From: Spirochaetia bacterium
GTDB taxonomy: Bacteria; Spirochaetota; Spirochaetia; CADAEX01
Assembly (NCBI GenBank): GCA_963662795.1
Contig: OY759746.1
Location: 256,001 to 320,000 of the forward strand
DNA: 64,000 nucleotides
Reading direction: 5' to 3'
Below the pieces are notes generated by a model, which was not told the origin of the DNA, ran no database searches, and saw only the letters and a list, made by a program, of their open reading frames with translations. Below, piece after piece: positions 35,139 to 44,171 of the stretch (positions within the stretch are counted from its first letter, which is position 1; the number at the start of each line of letters is the position of its first letter). Made by a program: the position numbers and the translations under genes.

Positions 35139-35275
35139 GAATTAATTTATTCTTTTTATTAAATTGCAATTTTCAAAACTATCGAGACAAAATCATATTT
35201 TAAATTTTTCTCACCTATTGCGCAAAGGAGTAAAATATTTAAAAATATCATTATCCAGATACGAAGGAGAATATT

Positions 35276-36370
35276 TTGAAAAAATTAATTGCTGTACTTG
35301 AAGGCGACGGAATAGGTCCTGAAATAATGAAGGAAGGGATCAAGGTTCTTAAAGCGGTAGAGAAAAGATACAACCATGATTTTACTCTTGAATATGCCCC
35401 TTTCGGAGCTTCAGCTTATTTTTCCGAAGGTTCTCCTTTCCCTGATAAAACAAAAAAAACATGTGATGCATCAGATGCCATCATCAAGGGGCCGGTTGGT
35501 ATTTCAGTTGAAAAAATGAACACTATCCCGCAGAAAATGCGCCCGGAAGCCGGAGCCATCCTCCCTTTAAGAAAAAGATACGATACTTTCGCAAACTACA
35601 GGCCGGTAAGACTGCCCGAAGCGCTTGCCCATTTTTCTCCGCTTAAAAAAGAAATAATCGGGAGCGGCGTTGATATCCTGATGATACGGGAACTTGTAGG
35701 CGGCATCTATTTCGGCAAAAAAACCGAAGGTGAAGACAACAACATGAAATTCGCAAGCGATGACTGCGTATATACAGAAGAACAGGTAAGGCGTATTGCT
35801 GTTGTTGCTTTTGAAGAGGCAAAAAAAAGAAAAACCCTTATGACAAATATACATAAATCAAACGTACTTGCGACTTCAAGATTCTGGAATGCGGTTATTG
35901 AAGAGGTAAAACAGGATTACAGGGATATTGAATATAAATCAGTCCTTGTTGACAATGCCGCCTACCAGCTCATGATCAATCCGCGGCAGTTTAACGGAGT
36001 TATGCTTTTTGAAAACATGCAGGGAGACATACTGACAGACCAGGCCGGGGGAATTTTAGGTTCAATGGGGCTTATGCCGTCAGCCTGCATAGGACCTGAA
36101 AAAGGGTATGTGGAGGCAGCCCACGGCTCTGCTCCTGATATAGCGGGGAAAAATATAGCAAACCCCTATTCCATGATTGGAAGTATCGCTTTTCTGTTTG
36201 AAAAAATATTCGCCCTTGAAGAGGAAGGCAGCCTGATCTGGAACTCCCTTTTCCGCCTGTTTGAGGAAGGGTATACGACCTATGAACTTGCCGGCGATAA
36301 AAACGGGGACAAAGTCTTAAGCACCACCGAATTTGGAGACAGAATTGCAGGGTATGTTTCAGGTACCTGA
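35276..36370 (+). CDS. leuB: 3-isopropylmalate dehydrogenase
   Basis: GDGIGPE, LRKRYDTFANYRPV, RELVGGIYFG, KSNVL, VDNAAYQL, EAAHGSAPDIAGKNIANP. Confidence 0.93.
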   Translation: MKKLIAVLEGDGIGPEIMKEGIKVLKAVEKRYNHDFTLEYAPFGASAYFSEGSPFPDKTKKTCDASDAIIKGPVGISVEKMNTIPQKMRPEAGAILPLRKRYDTFANYRPVRLPEALAHFSPLKKEIIGSGVDILMIRELVGGIYFGKKTEGEDNNMKFASDDCVYTEEQVRRIAVVAFEEAKKRKTLMTNIHKSNVLATSRFWNAVIEEVKQDYRDIEYKSVLVDNAAYQLMINPRQFNGVMLFENMQGDILTDQAGGILGSMGLMPSACIGPEKGYVEAAHGSAPDIAGKNIANPYSMIGSIAFLFEKIFALEEEGSLIWNSLFRLFEEGYTTYELAGDKNGDKVLSTTEFGDRIAGYVSGT

Positions 36371-36408
36371 AAATCCGCGAATTTTTTAATTTAATAAATA
36401 TAATCCGC

Positions 36409-36472
36409 TTGCCACACAACATATAGCGTGATATTATTATTCCTGTACTTAAAACTCCTACATATATGGGGT
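36409..36472 (+). promoter_or_regulatory. nrd operon promoter with NrdR boxes
   Basis: TTGCCA (36409)-17-TATTAT (36432); NrdR box ACACAACATATAGCGT (36414-36429) in the spacer; weaker second box at about 36457-36472. Confidence 0.82.
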
Positions 36473-36511
36473 GATTTGACGATAATTTAAACAAGACAGG
36501 ATGTAAAAAAA

Positions 36512-37063
36512 ATGCTCTGTCCCTATTGCGGCAGTATGGAAGACAAAGTAATAGAATCACGTCAGAATTCAACAGGAACTTCCATAAGACGGCGCAGGGA
36601 ATGCCTTGAATGTAAATACCGGTTTACTTCATATGAGCAGATTGAAGAAAAAAAGCTGATGGTTATAAAGAAAGACGGAAGCCGCGAACCTTTCGAATCC
36701 GTCAAGATAGCAAGAGGCCTTGAAAAATCACTTGAAAAACGTCCTGTCTCAACTGAAAAAGTAGATGAAATGCTTCAGGCTATTGAAGATGAGGCAAACA
36801 TGAAGGGAAAAAACAGCAGGGAAATCACAACCGCAGAAGTGGGAGATCTGGTTCTCAAACATCTTTTTGAAACAGATAAGGTTGCGTATATAAGGTTTGC
36901 CTCTGTTTACAGAATGTTCAGCGATGTAAATGAGTTTATGAACGAAATTGAAAAACTCACAGGAAAACAGAAAAAGAACAAAAGAGGGACCCCCGATGAA
37001 CCTTCGGCTGGTCCCTTTATCCCGGATTTTAAAAATCCGGGGCATACAGACACTTTGCCATAG
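36512..37063 (+). CDS. nrdR: Transcriptional repressor NrdR
   Basis: CPYC..VIESR..IRRRREC..C.RFTSYE zinc ribbon, ATP cone, VAYIRFASVYR; ~30-aa extra tail. Confidence 0.97.
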   Translation: MLCPYCGSMEDKVIESRQNSTGTSIRRRRECLECKYRFTSYEQIEEKKLMVIKKDGSREPFESVKIARGLEKSLEKRPVSTEKVDEMLQAIEDEANMKGKNSREITTAEVGDLVLKHLFETDKVAYIRFASVYRMFSDVNEFMNEIEKLTGKQKKNKRGTPDEPSAGPFIPDFKNPGHTDTLP

Positions 37064-37120
37064 GCACGCATTGCGATCGCCGGGGGCATAAGGAATTATT
37101 TTTTTCCAAGTGCCTAAAAA

Positions 37121-39271
37121 ATGACTGCACTCAGGGGGGGGGATGTGGATAGCAGCAATATTGGAGACTGGAAGGAATTTTTAAACCTTGAAGAAGGTAA
37201 AACAGAAAATTCTGCAATGATCAGACAGATTGCTAAACGGGACGGCAAAATTGAAAAATATGACAGGTGGAGGATTGCAAGCGCAATTGGGAGGGCAATC
37301 ACCTCTGTCAGTAACCAGGAAGATACTCAGCTGACAGAAGCTCTTACAGCTAAAACTGAAGAGAAAATCATGGAGCTTATGAAAACCAGACACAGGAATT
37401 CCATTCCTGCTGTCGAGGAAATCCAGGATACCGTAGAAGCCGTCCTGATTGAAGCAAACATTCCGCAGGTCGCGAAATCCTACATTATTTACAGGGCCCG
37501 CCATGAGGCAATGAGAGACACAAAAAAACTCATGCTTGATATCAATACTACTATGGACGGGTATCTGTCACAATCCGACTGGCGTGTAAATGAAAATGCG
37601 AATGTCAATTTTTCACTCGGAGGGCTTATCCTTCATAATTCAGGAACAATAACTGCCAACTACTGGCTTAAAAACATTTATCCTGAAGATGTGGCAACTG
37701 CCCACAGGGAAGCTGATTTTCATATACACGACCTTTCAATGTTTTCAGGCTACTGCGCCGGCTGGTCTCTGAGGCAGCTGATAAAAGAAGGACTTGGAGG
37801 GGTACCAGACAAGATCACTTCAAAACCGGCCAGGCATCTTTCCACACTGATACAGCAGATCGTAAATTTTCTGGGAATCATGCAGAACGAATGGGCAGGG
37901 GCGCAGGCCCTTTCAAGCTTTGATACATATCTTGCCCCGTTTATAAAAATCGACAATCTCTCTGACGAACAGACAAAGCAGAGCCTCCAGAGTTTTGTTT
38001 TCGGGGTAAATACACCGTCAAGATGGGGAAGCCAGGCGCCGTTTACCAATATTACCCTCGACTGGATTGTTCCTGACGATCTTAAAAATGTTAAGGCAAC
38101 TGTCGGCGGTGTTGAGCTTGATTTTACCTACGGCGATTGCCAGGAGGAGATGAACAGGATCAACAAGTGCTTTATTGAGCTTATGCTGCACGGAGACGCC
38201 AACGGAAGGGGGTTTCAGTATCCGATTCCGACATACAATATCACTAAATCTTTCGACTGGGAGACGGATAATGCAAGACTGCTTTTTGAAATGACGGCAA
38301 AATACGGGACACCGTATTTCCAGAATTTCATCAACAGCAGCCTTAATCCGGAAGACGTAAGATCAATGTGCTGCCGGCTTCAGCTCGACAAAAGGGAACT
38401 CAGGAAACGGGGCGGCGGCCTTTTCGGCTCGGATGAATTTACAGGCTCTATCGGAGTTGTAACAATCAACCTTCCAAGGATCGGCTATCTCGCAGGTTCA
38501 AAGTCCGACTTTTACCGCCGCCTTACAGACCTGATGGATACCGCGGCAAAGTCGCTAACAATCAAGCGCAAGGTAATTAACCGCCTTATGCAGTCGGGAC
38601 TTTTCCCCTATACAAAAAGATATCTTCAGCATCTCGACAATCATTTTTCCACAATCGGAATAACAGGGATGAACGAGTGCCTTCTCAATTTCATGGGAAA
38701 GGATATTACGACAGAAGAAGGGAAACAATTCGCACTTGATATACTTGACTTCATGAGAGAGCACCTGTCGCTTCTGCAGGAGAAAACAGGAAACCTTTTC
38801 AACCTTGAGGCAACACCTGCGGAAAGCACCAGCTACCGGCTGGCAAAACACGACAAAAAAAAATATCCTGATATTATTGCATCCGGCGATAAGGACCCGT
38901 ATTACACAAACTCAACATGGCTTCCTGTTAACTATACAGAGGATATTTTTGATGCACTTGATCACCAGGATGAGCTGCAGGCAAGATATACAGGGGGGAC
39001 GGTATTCCACGGATTTATAGGGGAAGCGCTTGATGACTGGAAATCGTGCAGGGAGCTTGTAAAGGCAATAGCAGAAAATTACAAACTGCCCTACTTTACA
39101 ATTTCACCGACTTTTTCCGTGTGCCCGGTACACGGGTATCTTTCTGGAGAGCATTTCAACTGCCCTAAATGCATGGATGAAGAAAAAGCAGGAATTACGG
39201 AAGAAATCAACAGATTAAAAACAGAAAAAGATAAAATTCAAAAAGAAATGATAAATCAGGAGGGGGAATAA
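37121..39271 (+). CDS. nrdD: Class III (anaerobic) ribonucleotide reductase catalytic subunit, redoxin-type, lacking the glycyl-radical loop
   Basis: ATP cone (KRDG); HIHDL..GYCAGWS; RSMCCRL finger loop; LEATPAES; YTGGTVFH; CPVH..CPKC Zn ribbon; no RxxGY. Likely true start is GTG at 37145. Confidence 0.93.
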   Translation: MTALRGGDVDSSNIGDWKEFLNLEEGKTENSAMIRQIAKRDGKIEKYDRWRIASAIGRAITSVSNQEDTQLTEALTAKTEEKIMELMKTRHRNSIPAVEEIQDTVEAVLIEANIPQVAKSYIIYRARHEAMRDTKKLMLDINTTMDGYLSQSDWRVNENANVNFSLGGLILHNSGTITANYWLKNIYPEDVATAHREADFHIHDLSMFSGYCAGWSLRQLIKEGLGGVPDKITSKPARHLSTLIQQIVNFLGIMQNEWAGAQALSSFDTYLAPFIKIDNLSDEQTKQSLQSFVFGVNTPSRWGSQAPFTNITLDWIVPDDLKNVKATVGGVELDFTYGDCQEEMNRINKCFIELMLHGDANGRGFQYPIPTYNITKSFDWETDNARLLFEMTAKYGTPYFQNFINSSLNPEDVRSMCCRLQLDKRELRKRGGGLFGSDEFTGSIGVVTINLPRIGYLAGSKSDFYRRLTDLMDTAAKSLTIKRKVINRLMQSGLFPYTKRYLQHLDNHFSTIGITGMNECLLNFMGKDITTEEGKQFALDILDFMREHLSLLQEKTGNLFNLEATPAESTSYRLAKHDKKKYPDIIASGDKDPYYTNSTWLPVNYTEDIFDALDHQDELQARYTGGTVFHGFIGEALDDWKSCRELVKAIAENYKLPYFTISPTFSVCPVHGYLSGEHFNCPKCMDEEKAGITEEINRLKTEKDKIQKEMINQEGE

Positions 39272-39798
39272 TGGAAAGGCTGCAGCAGATCGACGAGCAG
39301 ATAAAGGCACTTGAGGAAAAACGCTCAGCAGTTACAGGAACAGAAACAGAAGTTTATACAAGGATTGTAGGATACTACAGGGCTGTAAAAAACTGGAACA
39401 AGGGCAAGAGGGAAGAATACAGACACAGGATTTGTTTCTCAAGTCTTGAGCATAACAGGACAAACAGCATTGAAAAAAATACACTGCCGGAAAACAACGC
39501 TACAAAGGTTGTTGTTTTTGAAAACGCAGACAGGGAAAACATCACTTCATATTACTGTTTCTACAGGAAAACCTGTCCCAACTGTCCGTCTGTTAAAAAA
39601 TATATTGATAAACTCGGGATAAGAGGTGAATTTATTGATGCTGATACTCCTGAAGGGGCAATCATGGCAGTGGAAAGACAGGTTCTTTCTGTTCCGACCG
39701 TGATTTTTACCAACAGTCTGGACAAGGAAGTTGCACGGGCAAAAAACGTGCATGAAATCAGGGAAATACTGCCTGCCGCCCTGGTTTGCGCAGTTTAA
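39271..39798 (+). CDS. Stand-alone NrdD glycyl-radical domain fused to a thioredoxin/glutaredoxin-like domain
   Basis: TEVYTRIVGYYRAVKNWNKGKREEY (radical Gly34); CPNC at residues 102-105; VLSVPT cis-Pro motif; SD AGGAGG and TAATG overlap with nrdD. Confidence 0.85.
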   Translation: MERLQQIDEQIKALEEKRSAVTGTETEVYTRIVGYYRAVKNWNKGKREEYRHRICFSSLEHNRTNSIEKNTLPENNATKVVVFENADRENITSYYCFYRKTCPNCPSVKKYIDKLGIRGEFIDADTPEGAIMAVERQVLSVPTVIFTNSLDKEVARAKNVHEIREILPAALVCAV

Positions 39799-39887
39799 TT
39801 GCCGACAAAATCTCTCCCGGTCCGGTGATGGTATTCACGCGGCCTTTCCGGATCGGGTATTACCTCAGGTAAGCTTATATATCTATT

Positions 39888-40583
39888 ATGCCAATAAACA
39901 AAGCAGGATTTTTAAAGACAACCCTGATCGATTATCCGGGAAAAATCGCAAGCACACTGTTTCTTCCCGGGTGCAATCTAAGGTGTCCGTTCTGCCACAA
40001 CAGGGATCTTGTGCTTGGAGGAAAAGACAACCTCCTCCCGATTGAGGAAATACTTAGGTTTTTAAATAAAAGGAAAAACATTATTCAGGGAGTCTGCATA
40101 TCAGGCGGAGAGCCCCTTATCCATAACGATCTGCCGGATCTGATACGTGAAATAAGAAAAACCGGGGTAAAAATAAAAATCGACACCAACGGCCTGTTGC
40201 CTGAGAAACTGGCTGATATTTCACCCGACTATATCTCAATGGATATTAAGACATCGCCTTTAAAATACAATCTGCTTCTCGAAGGCATCGAGGCAGGAAA
40301 AACTGAAAAACTATTAAGGGAATCTGTAAAACTGATTATTGAAAGCGGAGTTGATCATGAATTCAGGACAACGCTTGTGCCGGGAATTGTCGACATTGAT
40401 GATATTGAAGTAATAGCGGAAATAGCAAACGGGTGTAAAAGGTTCACATTAAACAAATACAGACCGCAGAATACGCTTGACCCCTCTTATGAGAAGATAA
40501 TCCCCTTTACAGAGAATCAGTACAGATCTTTTTCAGAAGCTTTTGAAAAATCCGGAATAAAAGCTGTTTTCAGAGGCCTTTAA
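39888..40583 (+). CDS. nrdG: Anaerobic RNR activating radical SAM enzyme
   Basis: IDYPG, GCNLRCPFCHN, ISGGEP, KIDTNG, MDIK, EFRTT. Confidence 0.93.
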   Translation: MPINKAGFLKTTLIDYPGKIASTLFLPGCNLRCPFCHNRDLVLGGKDNLLPIEEILRFLNKRKNIIQGVCISGGEPLIHNDLPDLIREIRKTGVKIKIDTNGLLPEKLADISPDYISMDIKTSPLKYNLLLEGIEAGKTEKLLRESVKLIIESGVDHEFRTTLVPGIVDIDDIEVIAEIANGCKRFTLNKYRPQNTLDPSYEKIIPFTENQYRSFSEAFEKSGIKAVFRGL

Positions 40584-42531
40584 TATTCTCAAGAAGTTTG
40601 ATTATATAAAGTTCAATATAATTCCTGAACGGTTCCTTCTTTTTAATCCCGATTTTAGAGGTTTTATTCACAAGGTCGTCTGTAAGGGAAGCAATCCTCT
40701 TCACATCCGGCGGATAGCGGAGCATGAGCTTCTTTTTCTTCCTGATAAAATCCCTGACAAGTGAGTTTATATCCTCAACAAGATTTGCTCTTGCCGTTTT
40801 ATCATATAAAGGGTTCCACTTTTCCGCAAGTTCATCAAGCGTAGGATTTAAAGCCTTATCTCCCTTAAGGAATTTGCCTTTAAGTGTTTTGACAGCTTCC
40901 TGATAACCCGGAGCCTGAACAATTTTATCTCCTGACTGCTGTTTCGAGGCTGCCTCTCTTGATCCTTCGCCGAATTCCTGGAAAACCTCATCCGCCGGGG
41001 ATGCCCCGGACCCGCCCTGCTGAGGATATCCGGATCCTTCCTTTTTTTTACCCATAAAGAGAGCGCTGAGCGCAGCTATCAGTCTGCCGAATACAGGAAG
41101 ACTGTATTGTATCGGGAGAGAAGCTTTTACCTGCCTTAAAAGATCCTGTCTGTCAATTCCAAGGAGAACATCCATCTGTTTAAATTTTCCCGGTTCTGAA
41201 AAGCAGGAGTCAACAGACATCTTAATCCGGCTGTTGGTTTTATCAGTTTTGTTTGCGAGAAATATAAGTCCCGGGTTAAGCAGGGCATTCAGCAGTTTAT
41301 AGTCCGCTTTGACCAGGGCAGTAAGGGAATCGATAAAATCAGAATCATGCTGCATTTCCCTGTTTTTTTTGAATTTCCTTAAGATTTCACACCACTCCTG
41401 AAAATATTTTTCCCTTATTTCCTTGCTGTTTTCTATCAGTTTTTTCAGAAAAACCTGCGGAACCATGTCCCTCTGAATGTAATAATCTTTTTTACTGTCA
41501 ACAGATACCTTCACAAGATACGGAAGGTCCTCTCCTTCTTTTACAATTGTTGCAGTTTTTATAAACTCGGTGACAAACTCGCGTGAATATTTGGCGCTGT
41601 AGGGTTTTCCGGCATTATCTGTTATTTCATACATTTCACTGCTGCTGAAAATTAAAGGCGGGTTTTTTACCTTTACAGCCAGGTCTTTTAAATCATTTTT
41701 CTTCTGTACATCCTGCTGGACAAGGGCTCTGCCGTGTGTAATAAATGCCCTGAGCATCGACATGGATTGGTATGTGTAAATATCGGAGGCTGTTTTATCA
41801 TTTTTATCAGCAAGATCCTTCAAAACCTTGTTGCACATAAATGAGAAAAACTTGAATGCAAAGTCTGCGGGTTTTCTTATATGGTCCCTGAAATTTGAAG
41901 GCCCGTTAAGCATTGATTCCATCATGGTTTTCACTGCCATTTCATTGCCTTCAAACGCTTTTCTCAGGTATCGCCCCAGATATGCGTAATTGTTCTGGTT
42001 TTGAATATAAAGGTGTATTTTCTTGAGAACCAGGTCAAAAAAGGTTGTCTTGATAATCTCCGGCGGGACAACTATATCGCTTATTCCTTCCTGAAATTCT
42101 ATTATGGCGACTTTTCCTTTTTCAGCTTCAGGAAAATTCATTATATCCATAAAATTGCCCTGAATACTGAATACCATAATCCAGTTTGTATCTATTGTAA
42201 AACTGAAAGACCTGAGGTCAGGAAAAGGGATGTCCGGACGGTCTTCAAGGTTTTTATAATACTTCATTATAAGCTGTCTGTAGTATTTATGGATCTGGAA
42301 AGAGGAAATACGGGCGGATTCATAATTGATTGTACAGCTGCCCTCCGCCTCCATTTTTTTCAGAACAGGTATTGCGGAAAGCCTGAAGTCTTCGGCATTC
42401 CTCAGTTCCACCTGTTCCCTGTTTGATTCAAACCAGGAAGTAAGCTGATCCATGAAGAATGTGTAGTTTATTAAAGGATTATTCCTTTTAATTACAAGAA
42501 CCTTGATTATTTTTTCTATTATTTCATACAT
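40570..42531 (-). CDS. Hypothetical protein (653 aa, soluble, mostly helical)
   Basis: Long ORF with normal codon usage; C-terminal WNPLYD..ARANLVEDINSLVRD; no motif recognised. Confidence 0.7.
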   Translation of the reverse strand: MYEIIEKIIKVLVIKRNNPLINYTFFMDQLTSWFESNREQVELRNAEDFRLSAIPVLKKMEAEGSCTINYESARISSFQIHKYYRQLIMKYYKNLEDRPDIPFPDLRSFSFTIDTNWIMVFSIQGNFMDIMNFPEAEKGKVAIIEFQEGISDIVVPPEIIKTTFFDLVLKKIHLYIQNQNNYAYLGRYLRKAFEGNEMAVKTMMESMLNGPSNFRDHIRKPADFAFKFFSFMCNKVLKDLADKNDKTASDIYTYQSMSMLRAFITHGRALVQQDVQKKNDLKDLAVKVKNPPLIFSSSEMYEITDNAGKPYSAKYSREFVTEFIKTATIVKEGEDLPYLVKVSVDSKKDYYIQRDMVPQVFLKKLIENSKEIREKYFQEWCEILRKFKKNREMQHDSDFIDSLTALVKADYKLLNALLNPGLIFLANKTDKTNSRIKMSVDSCFSEPGKFKQMDVLLGIDRQDLLRQVKASLPIQYSLPVFGRLIAALSALFMGKKKEGSGYPQQGGSGASPADEVFQEFGEGSREAASKQQSGDKIVQAPGYQEAVKTLKGKFLKGDKALNPTLDELAEKWNPLYDKTARANLVEDINSLVRDFIRKKKKLMLRYPPDVKRIASLTDDLVNKTSKIGIKKKEPFRNYIELYIIKLLENIKGL

Positions 42532-42547
42532 ATCTTTATTTAATATT

Positions 42548-43381
42548 TTAATATAGTTTTAGCTTATCCGCTACTTCTTTTATTATCCAGTCAGGAGTTG
42601 AAGCCCCGGCTGTAATACCGACTTTATTGAAATTCCTGATTTCATCAGGAATTTCATCAGAATTCTCTATGTGCCATGCTTTTTTCCCGAGTTTGACAGC
42701 GCTCTGGTAAAGTCTTATAGTATTGGCGCTGGTTTTCCCTCCAATAACAATTACAGCATCTACATTCTCCGCCATGTCTGCAAGAGCTTTCTGCCTTTTT
42801 TCTGTAGCAGGACATATTGAACCCGCAATCTTTATATCAGGATACTTTCTTTTTAAAGCACTGCATATCAGATTATATTCATTTTCACTGAAAGTTGTCT
42901 GGCTTATTATCATTGCAGGTATTTTTAAATCAAGTTTTTCCGCCTGAAGCGCGTTTTCAATAATATCATAACTTTCCGCGTAACCGGCCAGACCTTTTAC
43001 TTCTCCATGGTTTCTGTCGCCCGCGATTATTATATGAATCCCCTTATGTGAAGCTTCTTTAACCTTATTCTGTGATGCAAGAACCCTCGGGCATGTCGCG
43101 TCAATTACAATATCAGCCTTTTCTTCAAGCCGTTTTTTTATTTCAGGGCTTACTCCATGCGCCCTGATAATAACCACACCTTCAGCTTTTTCAGGATCTT
43201 CAAGTATACCCACCCCCCTTGAGGCAAGATCTTCAAGAACAGAGCGGTTATGGATAAGAGGCCCGAATGTAAATATCCTCTTCCCTTTTTCCTTCTCAAT
43301 TACGTTATAAGTCATCTGCATCGCTTTTTTTACACCCATGCAGTAACCCATACTTTCCGCGAAAATTACTTCCATCATCAT
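42548..43381 (-). CDS. ispH: 4-hydroxy-3-methylbut-2-enyl diphosphate reductase
   Basis: GYCMGV, LIHN, RAHG, DATCP, HGEV, SQTT, ICPAT..RQ, SANT, AGASTP. Confidence 0.95.
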   Translation of the reverse strand: MMMEVIFAESMGYCMGVKKAMQMTYNVIEKEKGKRIFTFGPLIHNRSVLEDLASRGVGILEDPEKAEGVVIIRAHGVSPEIKKRLEEKADIVIDATCPRVLASQNKVKEASHKGIHIIIAGDRNHGEVKGLAGYAESYDIIENALQAEKLDLKIPAMIISQTTFSENEYNLICSALKRKYPDIKIAGSICPATEKRQKALADMAENVDAVIVIGGKTSANTIRLYQSAVKLGKKAWHIENSDEIPDEIRNFNKVGITAGASTPDWIIKEVADKLKLY

Positions 43382-43440
43382 AGTTTAACAATAAAATCAT
43401 TATCCTGCAAATGCAAGATGGTAAAATTTCTCAGGCAGGA

Positions 43441-44070
43441 TTACTTATTCCTGAGGCTTAAAGTAATGCCGTGCCCTACGGGGAGTATAACTGAATAAAG
43501 ACGGCTGTCGGCAAAAACAAGTCTGTTGTATTCATCAGTATATCTTCCAAGGTTTCTCCTCACATCCTTGTTGACATGAAAAAGGGTATCATCCGCTATT
43601 ATGATTCCCCCCGTTTTTGTAAGAGAGACTAATTTATCATGCAGAAGCGGATAGAGATATTTTCCGCAATCCTGAAAAACAATATCAAAAGAATGATTTC
43701 CATCCAGACACATTCTCTCCACAATATCTTCCGCGTTCCCGTCAATCATTGTGACAATACTGTTCAGACCCGCGCTTTCTATATTTTTCAGCGCCTCACC
43801 CCTGGTACGGGGGTGATTGTCTACAGTAAGAAGAGTGCCGTTATTTTCCCTAAGGGCTTCCCCTATCCAGATCGCGGAATTGCCTATCCCGGTGCCCAGC
43901 TCCAGTACATTTACGGCATTCATCGCCCTAACCAGAAAAGAAAGGAACTTTCCCGTTTCCGGTTCTACAAAGGGCTGTATATCGTCCCTTCCCGCACTTT
44001 CCTTTTCTATCCTGTCAACGACTTCGCTGCTGCCGGCTATGAAGCTCCTCAGATACTGTAAATAATCCAT
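43441..44070 (-). CDS. SAM-dependent O-methyltransferase (YrrM/caffeoyl-CoA family)
   Basis: VLELGTGIGNS, FDIVFQD, GGIIIADD, PVGHG. Confidence 0.85.
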   Translation of the reverse strand: MDYLQYLRSFIAGSSEVVDRIEKESAGRDDIQPFVEPETGKFLSFLVRAMNAVNVLELGTGIGNSAIWIGEALRENNGTLLTVDNHPRTRGEALKNIESAGLNSIVTMIDGNAEDIVERMCLDGNHSFDIVFQDCGKYLYPLLHDKLVSLTKTGGIIIADDTLFHVNKDVRRNLGRYTDEYNRLVFADSRLYSVILPVGHGITLSLRNK

Positions 44071-44171
44071 ATAGCAAGAATATAATTTTTTTACTGTTTT
44101 TTTAATACCTTTTTGTAAATCTTTAAAAATAACCGATTGACTAAAAAAACAAATAATCAAATTATTTAGAT

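Larger units (their letters stand above)
26200..35260. mobile_element. AT-rich horizontally acquired catabolic island (no mobility genes seen)
   Basis: Abrupt visible drop in GC and AT-ending codons between the thrS promoter and leuB; nine co-oriented genes. Boundaries approximate. Confidence 0.7.

Noticed and set aside
26200-35260. Prophage or integrative element
   Set aside because: No integrase, transposase, tRNA target or flanking direct repeats could be seen.
36985-37120. Cobalamin riboswitch before nrdD
   Set aside because: B12-box and GGGAA/GCCACTG core motifs were not found.
37121-39271. Intein or group I/II intron explaining the nrdD split
   Set aside because: No Cys/Ser...His-Asn splice motifs at the junction and no intervening DNA; the two ORFs overlap by one base.
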